Assembly (NCBI GenBank): GCA_950097015.1
Contig: CATNEN010000003.1
Location: 11,284,001 to 11,348,000 of the forward strand
Length of the DNA: 64,000 bases
Source of the DNA: Macrostomum hystrix
Lineage: Eukaryota; Animalia; Platyhelminthes
Direction: 5' to 3'
Below the pieces are notes generated by a model, which saw only the letters and a program-made list of their open reading frames with translations, had not been told where the DNA came from and made no database searches. Positions 37,401 through 49,122 of this stretch are shown piece after piece (position 1 is the first letter of the stretch; the number at the start of each line of letters is the position of its first letter). The position numbers and the translations under genes are program-made.

Positions 37401-40400
37401 AGAGGGGGTAGAGGGAGGCTGAAGATAGGAGGGCAGAGAGGGTAGAGGGAGGCTGAAGATAGGAAGGCAGAGGGGGTAGAGGGAGGCTGAAGATAGGAGG
37501 GCAGAGGGGGTAGAGGGAGGCTGAAGATAGGAGGGCAGAGGGGGTAGAGGGAGGCTGAAGATAGGAGGGCAGAGGGGGTAGAGGGAGGCTGAAGATAGGA
37601 GGGCAGAGGGGGTAGAGGGAGGCTGAAGATAGGAGGGCAGAGGGGGTAGAGGGAGGCTGAAGATAGGAGGGCAGAGGGGGTAGAGGGAGGCTGAAGATAG
37701 GAGGGCAGAGGGGGTAGAGGGAGGCTGAAGATAGGAAGGCAGAGGGGGTAGAGGGAGGCTGAAGATAGGAGGGCAGAGGGGGTAGAGGGAGGCTGAAGAT
37801 AGGAAGGCAGAGGGGGTAGAGGGAGGCTAGAGCAGTTAGAGCAGCTAGAGGACGTTAGCGGCTAGAGCAGACTCACTATGGAGAGCAGTCAGTTTAGTAA
37901 TAAAAAAAATTCCGGATAAAATAAGAAATCGTGATTTGGCATCTAATCGTGGATTAACGAAAGTCCTTGCAACGGCCTGCCTAATTTCTTATAATCTAGC
38001 AAAACACATCTGGATTAGGGGACTTAAAAATTTTGCTCTAACTCATACATAGTCATCTATCTGTGTGCGTGTGTTAAGCAAACTCATGGAATTCAAGCTT
38101 CGTAAAATATAAACTGCCGATATGCACATCCTTCTACTCAACTAAATACTGCAAGTAGCGAGTATCGATTATGAAAGAAAAATAAAAACTTTTCAAACTT
38201 ACAGTCGAGTGATACTGTCGCCAGATTTCGGGACATTGCTGAAAAGGAATGGTGAGAAACAAAATTAATTATGTCTTTATTAATGTTTCCTAGCATATAA
38301 CTTAGCAAGTATAATCGTCCAAACTAGGTCATTACCCATCTAGATAATCGTCCAAACTAGATCATTACCAATCTACATAATTCTCCAAATTATGTCATAA
38401 CCCATCTTCCTCATAGTGCAAACTAGGTCATTACCCATCCTTTCTCATAGTCCAAACTAGGTCATTACCCATCCTTTCTCATAGTCCAAACTAGGTCATT
38501 ACCCATCCTTCTCATAGTCCAAACTAGATCATTACCCATCTTTCTCATAGTCCAAACTAGGTCATTATCCATCCTTCTCATAGTCTAAAGTAGATCATTA
38601 CCTATCTAAATAATTTTCCAAACTATGTCATTACCCATCTTCCTGATTGTCCAAACTAGGTCATTATCCATCTTCCGGATTGTCCAAACTAGGTCATTAT
38701 CCATCTTCCGGATTGTCCAAACTAGGTCATTACCCATCTTCCGGATAGTCCAAACTAGGTCATTATCCATCTTCCGGATAGTCCAAACTAGGTCATTATC
38801 CATTTTCCGGATAGTCCAAACTAGGTCATTATCCATTTTCCGGATAGTCCAAACTAGGTCATTATCCATTTTCCGGATAGTCCAAACTAGGTCATTATCC
38901 ATTTTCCGGATAGTCCAAACTAGGTCATTATCCATCTTCCGGATTGTCCAAACTAGGTCATTACCCATCTTCCACATAGTCCAAACTAGGTCATTATCCA
39001 TTTTCCGGATAGTCCAAACTAGGTCATTATCCATCTTCCGGATTGTCCAAACTAGGTCATTACCCATCTTCCACATAGTCCAAACTAGGTCATTATCCAT
39101 CTTCCGGATTGTCCAAACTAGGTCATTATCCATCTTCCGGATTGTCCAAACTAGGTCATTATCCATCTTCCGGATAGTCCAAACTAGGTCATTATCCATC
39201 TTCCACATAGTCCAAACTAGGTCATTATCCATCTTCCGGATTGTCCAAACTAGGTCATTATCCATCTTCCGGATTGTCCAAACTATGTCATTACCCATCT
39301 TCCGGATTGTCCAAACTAGGTCATTATCCATCTTCCGGATAGTCCAAACTAGGTCATTATCCATTTTCCGGATAGTCCAAACTAGGTCATTATCCATTTT
39401 CCGGATAGTCCAAACTAGGTCATTATCCATCTTCCGGATAGTCCAAACTAGGTCATTATCCATTTTCCGGATAGTCCAAACTAGGTCATTATCCATTTTC
39501 CGGATAGTCCAAACTAGGTCATTATCCATCTTCCGGATTGTCCAAACTAGGTCATTACCCATCTTCCTCATAGTCCAACAAGGTTGAGCTATATACTTGT
39601 TTGATCAAATACCAGCTCCCATAAAGCACTCAAAGCAATGCTCACATCCTTCCAATGTCCTAGAATGCCGCATCTGTCGCAGGGCGACCGAGTCAACAAT
39701 CCGTATCGATGACAAGTGTCTGATCCGTGCTCGGCTGCTAAACAAAGTGGACACAACCTATCCGGACAGTTGGTCTTCGGGTGGCCCTCGCGACCGCACA
39801 GAATGCAAACTGGGCCAGTTCTAGTGCAAGACTCAGTTAAATGACCGCGTTTTAAACACACACTGCATTCTGTTTGCATCGGATCAATTGGCTGCTGTAC
39901 AGGTTGATTGGGACTAGTTGACGTTGATACTGTTGGCGATTGCAATACTCGCTGTTTTTTGGGCTGCAGGTCTTCCAGATCAACGCGCCACAGGTCTGTA
40001 GTGATTGATGTTGCGTAAAATATTATATGTATGGAAGATGGCTTCTTAGAAAGCGCGTTGCATCAGCCTATCTCCCTCCTACTCAGCATATCAACAATTT
40101 ATCCCATTCACTGTGTGCTCATCAGTAGCTTTTCTGACTCAACTGTGTGTTTTACCTGTTAATCCTACTTATCTGATTGTTTCACCTGTTAACCCTACTT
40201 ATCTGATTGTTTCACCTGTTAATCCTACTCATCTGATTGTTTCATCTGTTAATCCTACTCATCTGATTGTTTCACCTGTTAATCCTACTCATCTGATTGT
40301 TTCACCTGTTAACCCTACTCATCTGATTGTTTCACCTGTTAATCCTACTCATCTGATTGTTTCACCTGTTAATCCTACTCATCTGATTGTTTCACCTGTT

Positions 40401-41437
40401 TATCCTACTCAACTCTGTGTTTCACCTGTTTATCCTACTCAACTGTGTGTTTCACCTGTTTATTCTACTCAACTGGTTGTTTCACCTGTTTATCCTACTC
40501 ATCTGATTGTTTCACCTGTTAATCCTACTCATCTGATTGTTTCACCTGTTTATCCTACTCAACTCTGTGTTTCACCTGTTTATCCTACTCAACTGTGTGT
40601 TTCACCTGTTTATTCTACTCAACTGGTTGTTTCACCTGTTTATCCTACTCAACTCTGTGTTTCACCTGTTTATCCTACTCAACTGTGTGTTTCACCAGTT
40701 TATTCATCCGATAATCCCCTTTATTGCACTAAACAACACGAGAATAATAGCTCGCCTTTATCAGGCTTCATATCAACAAGAAACTCGGTCAGATCTCGCC
40801 GATGAACCCTATTGAAAGCTGGGGCGTGATGCGCTGTAGACTTAACGCCAAGAGTGATTCCACTTCCATCATCTTCATCCTCATTGGAGTCCGCAGCTTG
40901 GATTAGCTCGTTGTCAAGGTTTTGTTCGCCTTTAATGATGGAAGAAGCCAACTGCTGATTAATGGATTTGAGAAGTTTCATTTCTTTACTAATACCAGAG
41001 GCACCTGCTGTTGAAGCCTTTGTCTGGTCTTCCTGTTTGTCGGCAAGCTCTCGCAGTTTATCGATAACACGACGCTTTGCACCGTGAATCATGTCCCTGA
41101 TGCTGGTGCCTGCGTCAGCGTCTGCGCTTTCACCGCCTTTGTCATCGCGATACTGCACGCGTTTTCTTTGCTTCCTACGTCTCCTACGTGCTGAAGATGT
41201 GGCGACAGCAGCAGCATTCAATGACTTTTCAACCTCGTTGGTATTACTCTCAATGACGCCGACATTTTCACCAAGATTGAGGGATTCAATTGCTACTGGT
41301 GCAGCTTCTAAGGTGGCATCAGTGCCAATAGTGCCGGTTCGATCAACAAAAAATGGCAGATGCACTTTTTCTTCAGGCATAGGCGCGTTGCAGTTGCAAC
41401 CAGTCTCGAGTTTAATCTTTTTTGGCTCAGGCTCCAT
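25406..41437 (-). CDS. ZCCHC7: Zinc-knuckle protein ZCCHC7/Air1-Air2 (TRAMP RNA-binding subunit), ~773 aa; exons 41437-40756, 39995-39646, 38238-38203, 34868-34626, 27743-27530, 26202-25406
   Basis: Five CX2CX4HX4C knuckles, two of which are completed only after splicing (CDRCGILGHWKD|QC and CCNCAQSGHLVH|QC). The Air/ZCCHC7 hallmark CPEIWRQYH lies in the 36 bp exon. All phases are consistent; the first donor is probably GC. Confidence 0.88.
26266..26322 (+). mobile_element. SINE family A head fragment
   Basis: CTCTCGCACCAAGGTCCTGAGTTCGAATCCGCAGCAAGGTCACATTTATTT matches the B-box region of family A. Confidence 0.65.
26344..27330. repeat. 30 bp minisatellite (ACACAAGAGCAGATCATTTTGAAGGCTGTG)n in ZCCHC7 intron 5
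   Basis: About 33 units. Confidence 0.97.
27861..28362. repeat. 42 bp minisatellite in ZCCHC7 intron 4
   Basis: (TGAGCTGTGATAACACCTCATTCCTAGCCTTGGATCATTATCAGTC)-type units, about 12 copies. Confidence 0.97.
29558..30135. repeat. 19 bp minisatellite (GGAATCAGGATGGGATCCT)n with degenerate flanks
   Basis: Direct reading. Confidence 0.93.
31408..31980. repeat. 34 bp minisatellite (GTGAATATCTGTCACTCTGTAGGACTACTCAAAC)n
   Basis: About 17 units. Confidence 0.96.
32651..32995 (-). mobile_element. SINE family A, near full length
   Basis: Highly similar to 22087-22437, with a (TTA)n-like tail at ~32630-32651. Confidence 0.85.
33945..34120 (-). mobile_element. SINE family A, internal fragment
   Basis: Matches 22220-22392. 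Confidence 0.7.
34932..36352. repeat. 19 bp minisatellite (TCTAATCTACTCTTATCCT)n in ZCCHC7 intron 3
   Basis: About 74 units. Confidence 0.98.
36925..37828. repeat. 34 bp purine-rich minisatellite (AGAGGGAGGCTGAAGATAGGAGGGCAGAGGGGGT)n
   Basis: About 26 nearly perfect units. Confidence 0.98.
38311..39578. repeat. 33 bp minisatellite (GTCCAAACTAGGTCATTATCCATCTTCCGGATA)n in ZCCHC7 intron 2
   Basis: About 38 units; source of the repetitive 320 aa ORFs. Confidence 0.98.
40130..40705. repeat. 30 bp minisatellite (TTCACCTGTTAATCCTACTCATCTGATTGT)n in ZCCHC7 intron 1
   Basis: About 19 units. Confidence 0.97.
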
Positions 41438-43228
41438 TTAAGTTCTTATCTCTATCAAATAGTCAGGTCGAAAGCTAATAACAAGTTGACACCACTGACA
41501 GACTTGCACAATATATTCAACGCATTAATCAAAATCTGAAATGTTACAGCAAGTGGGCACAGTGAAGTAGTAATAAAATATTATTGCCCTCATAAGTGAA
41601 CCCAATTGGCAACTTAGCTACTTACAATTTACTAGCCCTTTAGCCCCTCTCCATGTGGCAAAAACTGATTCCCTCAGGTAGCAATTGGCAGGCATAAGCA
41701 GACAAAAAGTATTTTACCCACAATAGAGAACTAGTTCCCCCAAGCAAGCAACCAATGCCCCACAGCAGACAAAAAACAACTCCTTTAGCAGCAAACCAAT
41801 GTCCAAAATTTATTCAATTTAGTTTGTTTTAATTCAAATTTAAACTCACACCATGGAACATAAGAAATTGCAATATGGATTAAGATTGTGCCATATTTGT
41901 CTGGCCAAAAAGATGCCACATATTTTGAGATCACATATTGGCTTTCATTCCAATCTTAATCATACATGCACGCAACACTTGGCTGACCTGGCCGAACCAG
42001 CCAGGTGAAATGAGGGCCAAGCAAGGTAAGTAGCAAAAACCAATCAACCAAGTGCAAAAAAATCAAAGTGGGGACCAAGGGACAAAAAAGGAAGGCGTGA
42101 AGAAAAGGAAAAAGGGGAGAGAAAAAGAGAGCAAATGAGAGCAAACTAAGTCGTAAATACAGCAAAAACTAAGTCGCATGGCTGGCTAAGATTTGAGAGG
42201 TTGCGCATGTATGATCTTAATCCATGTGTTCTACACTTATTCCAAAGTGTTAAATTAGATTATCAATATTGCATTAGCCTAATAATTGTAGCTAATTATA
42301 AAAATTGTATAGTTAACTAATATGTAAATACATTTTACAATTATTTTTTTGTAATTTTTGCTATTAACTAAATGTGAGTGAGTCAAGAAAAATTGAAAAA
42401 GTATTAAGACTACAAAAATAGAATAAAAAGAGGATAAGAAAACAAGAGATAGTATTGTTAGGCTAGGCAAAAGTATATAACTGTTCTCTAACAAGCCTAA
42501 TTAGCAAGCTTTTTGTTAGCCATTCTAGCTTTCTACTTACTTATTTGCAGGGGACCTGGGGCACTTAATGCACAAACACAGGAATGGCATGCCCCCAGGC
42601 CAGTGAACTAAGCAGGAGTTGCCGATTGTACACACCCAAGGTGCCCAAGGCACCTCATACATAGCAGCCAAACAAGTGGGGAAGGGGATGGCAGCCAAAG
42701 AGCCTCTCACCCCTGGCCCACACACGCACAGAGGAGACCAAACCAGGGGAGGACTTAAATGCCTGAAGGGTAGGGACAAGAGTACACATTTGTGCATACC
42801 CACCCCACCCCATACAACACCTCAAACCCAGCCCAATGCACAAACAAAAGCAAACAAACAGGCATGCAGAAGGCAAGGGTTAAGCTATTTCAAATTAGCT
42901 TCGGTAGCACAGAATAAGGTGCATCTCTACAAGTTGCTACTTTGCAAACCTCCAACTAAGCCCTGAAAAAATGGTGACTTATCACCTGATGGCAGAGGTC
43001 TAGATAGGGAAAAAGCTTTAAATATCTCTTGTCTAGACTGGAAAAAGCTTGTCTATTAAGCTTTCTTCTATGGACTAGACCAGAAAAAGCTCATCTGTTT
43101 TAAAATACTAGTATTTCAATTTTTCAATTTTTATTAAAAATCCTGTTAAAACCTGTTAAGATATTTTAAAATCCTGTTTATACAATTTACATGTTCTTTT
43201 CAATACAAAAATTACTAGGGCCTATAGC

Positions 43229-44142
43229 CCATAGTCCGGATCATGTCGTTTACGCCAGAGATCTCCGGCGTAAATCTGGTTTGGGATCGGAGGCTGGCGT
43301 AAGTGCTTGGCGTAAGTATAGGCCAAAATGTGCCTTGGCGTAAGTGCTTGGCGTAAGTACATGGCATAAATCAAGTGGCGTAAATGTTAGCACAAATGAG
43401 ATCATTCACGATCAAATGTATCACTATAGAACATAACATATTTGCGTTAATTATGATGTTAAGGAGCAGCATTAAAACAAAGTTCATTAAAATATTGCAG
43501 TTCGTATAAATGAGATAGCAGAATATCTATTGTAGGATAGCAAGTTTTTTTAGCTTTAAGATGCTTACTTTGATACTTGATTCAGAATTTGCAACTTGTG
43601 AGATTTTTAAACAGTTGCAACTTCTGAATTTAATAAATCACCGATTAATTGTGAATCATCTATTCTATTGTGAAGCTTCTTTAATCAGTGTAATCAGTAA
43701 ATCAATTCAGACTACTGACAACAGTAGAAAAGCAAGGACTTGGCTGCAAAACTCTCACATAACACTAAAAAAATATCGCCATGAAAATGGCAAGATTAAA
43801 AGAGACTTCTGTGCACACTAAGAGTGGTGGGAGAGGACTGCGTGTGGCTGACTGACGAAGGCAAACAAGCCAGAAACCAGTCTCGGTCTGCCAGCGCAGG
43901 GTTCGTTCCCCACTTTTAGTGTGTTACATGCTGGTTAGAGTGAGAGAGACATCCATGTAATAGTCAAGGGCAGCAAGCAAGGAGGCCGATAAAGAGACAT
44001 GGATTAACAAGAATTGTGAAGGACCTTTTTTTGGGTAGCGTAAGTCAGAGGGACCTTTTTTTGGTTGGCGTAAGTCTGGCGTAAGTGCCAAAAAATGTTG
44101 GATTTTTCCTCTGGCGTAAGTCCAGCATGATCCGGACTATGG
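43229..44142. mobile_element. Non-autonomous DNA transposon, hAT-like (8 bp TSD), 914 bp
   Basis: TIR CCATAGTCCGGATCATG / CATGATCCGGACTATGG. TSD CCTATAGC at 43221-43228 and 44143-44150. Repeated subterminal GGCGTAA motifs at both ends. Confidence 0.85.
43814..43923 (+). ncRNA. Candidate type I hammerhead ribozyme (variant core)
   Basis: CTGACGA (43852-43858); stem II GGC-AAACAA-GCC; GAAA (43873-43876); stem III ACC/GGT; GTC cleavage triplet (43886-43888). Stem I TGGC/GCCA and CTGCG/CGCAG is extended by a 14 bp helix 43814-43827/43910-43923. A.A replaces the canonical G10.1-C11.1 pair. Confidence 0.55.
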
Positions 44143-47094
44143 CCTATAGCTGCTTGACAGTATTACAGTCAATCTTTTTTCTACAAGTTGACTCTTGATA
44201 GCAAACCCAATTTTCTGGTCTAGTCCATAGAAGAAGGCTTAACAGACGAGCTTTTTCTAGGCTAGACAAGAGATATTTAAGCTTTTTCCCTATCTAGACC
44301 TCTACCACCGGGTGGACTTGGAAGGAGGAACAAACCAACGACCATTGAAAAGTGGGGCAGCAACATTTGCCACTAACCCACTTACCCCCAAGCCATTCTA
44401 GCTAATGACAAGCAAAAATATATACATTTATAGGCCTAGCTAAAATTTTGCTAAAAGACAAGTTAGTACAGTAGTAGTAGTAAAGTAGGCTAGCAGATAA
44501 GATAGCAGCAGTGCGGCACAGAAAAAGACCCCAAAACCAAATTTAATAGCAAACTAGCAAAATAACCAAAAAGCTGCTCAGCTAATACGATAGCAAAATA
44601 TAATACACAAACAAAGAAAGACTGAATTAGCAGCACATTAATAATAATGTAACACAGTACAAAGACACTATTGAATCAATTGTATCAATCATGTTAACTC
44701 TTTCTGATAAATTAAGTGAGTTTTTTTATGTAAAATGCTGATGCAAAGCTTCAACATCCAAAAGAATACAAATTCTTAATAGGCCTATACATGTTTTTAA
44801 TCTTTATGCAAATCTTGCCACTTCGTTTTTTGTTTAAAACAAAATAATGGATTTAGGATTCTTGCCTAGCAAACATAACGAACTCTCGATTTGCAACTGA
44901 TGCAATTTGCTAGGTGCAATTGAGGATTTCTAGGTGCAATAAAACTCTGAAGTCAGTCATCGAAACGAAACAGTACGTCAGTAGGGGCGTAGGGGGGCTA
45001 TCTAACAGAATTTATATTTTTTATTGATCATTTTTATGCAAATGCGATAAGTATCACTTTGAAGGCTCAGATTGAAGCAAACATTTAGCTTCATTGAATG
45101 CGACAATGTTGACGCGCCGCACAAGTGATTACTAAGTAGATTTAAAGCGAGCCGTGTTTGCGTCGCCGTGGACGCCAAAATCACACACTGGCTTTCATCG
45201 AAATTCCTAGGAATTTAAACCTGCATACTAATGATAAACTTTTTTTTCCTTTTGGACTAAGCGTTGTTTTATTTGCTTGACCATTCCTTTTTGTTTTTTA
45301 ATATGTTGCAAATGTGTTTAGAAAGTGCTGCACTTAGTTCTAACGAAGTGGACTTTGTACTTTTTTAAATATTTGTATATTTCCCAGAAAAGACGACTTA
45401 AAAATTATAAAGCTTCCTTAGTAAAAGGAATTGTGTTAATCGTGTTTGTTTTTATCGTAAATTGACTGCGTTTTAGGTTATACTTTCGCCTTTCTTGGCA
45501 ATTGCACTATAGTCTTGCTTTCTACCGGAAGTTTATGATCGCATCTCATTAGTTGCATAAGCATTATAAGCTAATGTGAAACAAAAAGATGCAAAAACTG
45601 AAAAAATAATAAAGTTGTACTTTCCATAATCAATCTTATATATGTAGCTTCTGCTCGAAAATCTTCATATATAATTTTCTGTTACGATGGCATTGTAAAT
45701 ATAAGTGTAACAGGCATAGTTGCCACCCTCCTCTCGGCCAGTGCTACTGTGCTATTCTATTTTAGCTGTGCTACTGCACTACCGTCTGTAAAAGGATGTA
45801 ATTTCTGCACTAAATTAGTTCTACACTTACATATTTAAATATTGTTCCATACTTTAAGTCTACACCATGGCATACACTTTATTTATTGTTAAACGGAAAC
45901 CTCAACAATTTCTTTGTTTTTAGGATTACATAGAAAGATAAAAAATCTACAAACAGTTAGGAACTGTTTCTCCAAAGGAACAGTTTTTATTAGCTCAACA
46001 AACTCAAGCACACTCACCCCAAACTTTTAATCCACTTAAAAAAAAATATGTTACTTGTTTGTTTGAAACTAAGTAAACAAAAACTGACTGAGTCCAGTCC
46101 AGCATTAAAGCTAATAGCTAGCTATCACTAGCTAGCTATCAACTGGTTATACTTTTTTGCCATTTTGGCATCTCAGAGCCATAGATTAGACATTAGAGTT
46201 TAACTGTATCCTTTTTATATAACCTACTAGGGCCTATTAAAGATAAAAAATTGGCACCAATTCTTTATCCAATAATAATATAATTTATATTCCATTTTTT
46301 CTGCAATGTCTCTTTTCCTTTTAATTTTTAACTCATTTTCTATTGCTTTATATTTTATTGATTTTTACTTAAAATAAATAGTTCAAATTAATCAATTCTT
46401 AAATTCTCTTACTAATAAATTATGTTTTATGTGCCTCTATTTTACTTCTTGACTAATATCTACTGAATGAATGGTTAGAATTTAAACAGCAAACAAATGA
46501 CTACCAAAACTATCAAATCCATTGGCTAATTTTTTGTTTTGACTATTAGAGAAGTATTTTTATATTTACAGTGAGTAAAATGTGTCATTACAATTATTTA
46601 TATATTTTACTTTTTTACAAAAAAACAACATATTTAAAATACTATACTTCATTGCCACATAACTAGAGCATAAATTTTAACCAATAGTAGAAAACGTTTT
46701 AATATAATATACATTAGTTTGACTACTATAGCTTTTCAGATACAGCTATTGGCTATGGATATTTTCAACTAATCAAACATTTTATGTATATGCAATGTAC
46801 TTGGTCTGGACTTAAAAGAAAGGAATTACCAAAATTTGTATTAACAAATAGAAATATTTAGATTGTTCTGCTAAGTAACTTAGTCATTTTGCTAACTTGA
46901 TGCTTTATTTCTTTAACATATTTGGTTATTCTTGTATTTTTACTCCTGTATTTTTACATACAGAATATATTCAATTTCTTTTTGCAGTCACTGCTAAGCT
47001 GGACCAGTAGTAGCAAATCTGTAAATTAAAGAAACCTTCAATACAGATCAGTGTCTGCAGTGATTATCTTCATTTTATACAAAGGTTTATTGGA

Positions 47095-48597
47095 ATGGCC
47101 GATTTAAGCAGCAGCAGTGGCTCCGGCTATTCTAGCAGCGGAGCTGGCAGTGACAGCAGTAGTCGGAGCAGCAGTCGAAGCAGCAGTCTAGGTCGGCATC
47201 GGAATCGTCACCGTCATCAGCATCGTCATCATCACCATGAGCCTAGACTAAGTCGCAGTCTCCAGCGTCAACAGCTTCATCAACAGCAAGATGATAGCGA
47301 TGATGCTGTTGTTCCAGTAGGTCATCAGACAGCTGGCCCGTCAGTTGTCTTACCCATGTCAGTCATAATAACTGCGAAGCCCGATGCTGCAATTGGAAAT
47401 TCGTCTTTAATTTCGGATAGTCAAGCTTCAACATCGGCTAGTGTTCCCATGCCAACGGCTTGGCCAGAATCGCTAATTGTTAATTGTTCTTTGCCGGGTA
47501 GTACTGTAAATGCTGCCGAAACAAGCAACTCTAGTCAGCAGCATCAGTATTCCCTGGATCAGACTTGCCTATCTAAACTGGCTTATCAACAGGCGAAGCA
47601 GCAGCAGCAGCAGCAGCCAACAATGGCTCCAGTAGCAATGGCCGGGCCTAGTAGCGGCTCAGCCTGCGGTGTTGCTCGGCCAAAATATCCTCTGCAGGAT
47701 GATTCGGAATATTCCAGCTACGAATCTCTGCTAGGCGCCGCTGACTGCGGTGGCGGTCGAGGTCGTTCCACCTCTTCTAAGCCATTCTGCCGCATCTGTC
47801 ATCTGCCTGGTGACGAGTGCGCCAGCGGCGCAGCCGGCGACGTCAGTGCAGCCTCAGCCGCTGTTGGCGTCGCCGCCGGAAATCGTCTTCTATTATCGCC
47901 CTGTCGTTGTTCCGGCACTCTTCAGCACGTCCATCCGGCCTGTCTAGCCAAATGGATTGAAGCTTCGGCTAGGATTCGTCGCTCCATGGATCCAGCCGCT
48001 GAGGCTGAGCGTCGCAGACGCAACGGCGGTCGCCATAGAAACGGCCGCTCGCCACCCAGATGCGAGTTGTGCAATTATGAGTACAGGCGTAGGGTGAAAT
48101 TCAGTCTAGCCGCTAACGGTGGCTGGCGCTTTCCCAGAGTGTCGCGCGGCGACCGCGTCCTCCATTTGATCTTTCTACTGTGCCTGATTGTTATGACAGC
48201 CTGCGCGGTCATCACTGTCATGTGCTTTGTTAGGGATCGGGACAGGCCTATGGTTGGTGGCCAGCAGCAGCAGCAGACACACTTGGCGGTTGGATCAGCG
48301 GCCTCGCTACCTTCTGCATCGTCTTCGTCGTCTGCTTCATTGACGCCCGGTGAAGCGGCTTCTAAACAGCAGCCGCAGCATCCGCATCAGTCGCCGCCGA
48401 CTCCACTAGTATTGACTAGTTACGAAGCTCTGACACTAGTGTCCGGTATATTATTCTTTCTGGCATTCTTCACAGCTATGAGTGTGCAAATTAAAAGTCG
48501 GCACACTGTTTACAAACTCATGGTAAAATGTTACAGGATGAATATTACTTATTCGTTTCTACCGTACGAGCGGGCCAGGGATCAGCAGTGTGCCTAG
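47095..48597 (+). CDS. MARCH: MARCH-family RING-CH (RINGv) membrane E3 ubiquitin ligase, 500 aa, single coding exon
   Basis: CRIC...LLSPCRCSGTLQHVHPACLAKWI...CELC (C4HC3), followed by two hydrophobic segments (VLHLIFLLCLIVMTACAVITVMCFV and LTLVSGILFFLAFFTAMSV). Confidence 0.92.
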   Translation: MADLSSSSGSGYSSSGAGSDSSSRSSSRSSSLGRHRNRHRHQHRHHHHEPRLSRSLQRQQLHQQQDDSDDAVVPVGHQTAGPSVVLPMSVIITAKPDAAIGNSSLISDSQASTSASVPMPTAWPESLIVNCSLPGSTVNAAETSNSSQQHQYSLDQTCLSKLAYQQAKQQQQQQPTMAPVAMAGPSSGSACGVARPKYPLQDDSEYSSYESLLGAADCGGGRGRSTSSKPFCRICHLPGDECASGAAGDVSAASAAVGVAAGNRLLLSPCRCSGTLQHVHPACLAKWIEASARIRRSMDPAAEAERRRRNGGRHRNGRSPPRCELCNYEYRRRVKFSLAANGGWRFPRVSRGDRVLHLIFLLCLIVMTACAVITVMCFVRDRDRPMVGGQQQQQTHLAVGSAASLPSASSSSSASLTPGEAASKQQPQHPHQSPPTPLVLTSYEALTLVSGILFFLAFFTAMSVQIKSRHTVYKLMVKCYRMNITYSFLPYERARDQQCA

Positions 48598-48759
48598 CGA
48601 TTTTTTAACACAATGTGACACGCTTGTGTTCATTTGGAGCAAGTTAAAATATTTCTAATTAGAACAATATTTACTAGCGAAGCATAAATAATCCCTATTT
48701 TACTATTTTAAAGCTCCAGATAATAAGGGATGCCAGATAGAGGGAGAGATATTACCGAG

Positions 48760-49122
48760 AGGGAGGGTGAGAAGTAGAGAGGTAGGTTGAGAAGTAGAGA
48801 GGTAGGGTGAGAAGTACAGAGGTAGGGTGAGAAGTAGAGAGGTAGGTTGAGAAGTAGAGAGGTAGGTTGAGAAGTATAGAGGTAGGGTGAGAAGTAGAGT
48901 GGTAGGGTGAGAAGTATAGAGGTAGGGTGAGAAGTAGAGAGGTAGGGTGAGAAGTAGAGAGGTAGGGTGAGAAGTAGAGAGGGAGGGTGAGAAGTTGAGA
49001 TGTAGGGTGGGAAGTAGTGATTTAGGGTGAGAAGTAGAGATGTAGGTTGAGAAGTAGAGAGGTTAGGTGAGAACTAGAGAGGTAGGGTGAGAAGTAGAGA
49101 TGGAGGGTGAGAAGTAGAGAGG
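48760..49122. repeat. 20 bp purine-rich minisatellite (GGTGAGAAGTAGAGAGGTAG)n
   Basis: About 18 units. Confidence 0.95.

Larger units (their letters stand above)
42983..44314. mobile_element. Non-autonomous element with ~105 bp imperfect terminal inverted repeats (host of the nested hAT-like element)
   Basis: 42983-43088 (CACCTGATGGCAGAGGTCTAGATAGGG...GGACTAGACCAGAAAA) is the reverse complement of 44211-44314. No clear TSD. Confidence 0.75.

Noticed and set aside
42537-42966. Short ORFs upstream of ZCCHC7
   Set aside because: No motifs or splice support; probably repeat-derived sequence that I cannot classify.
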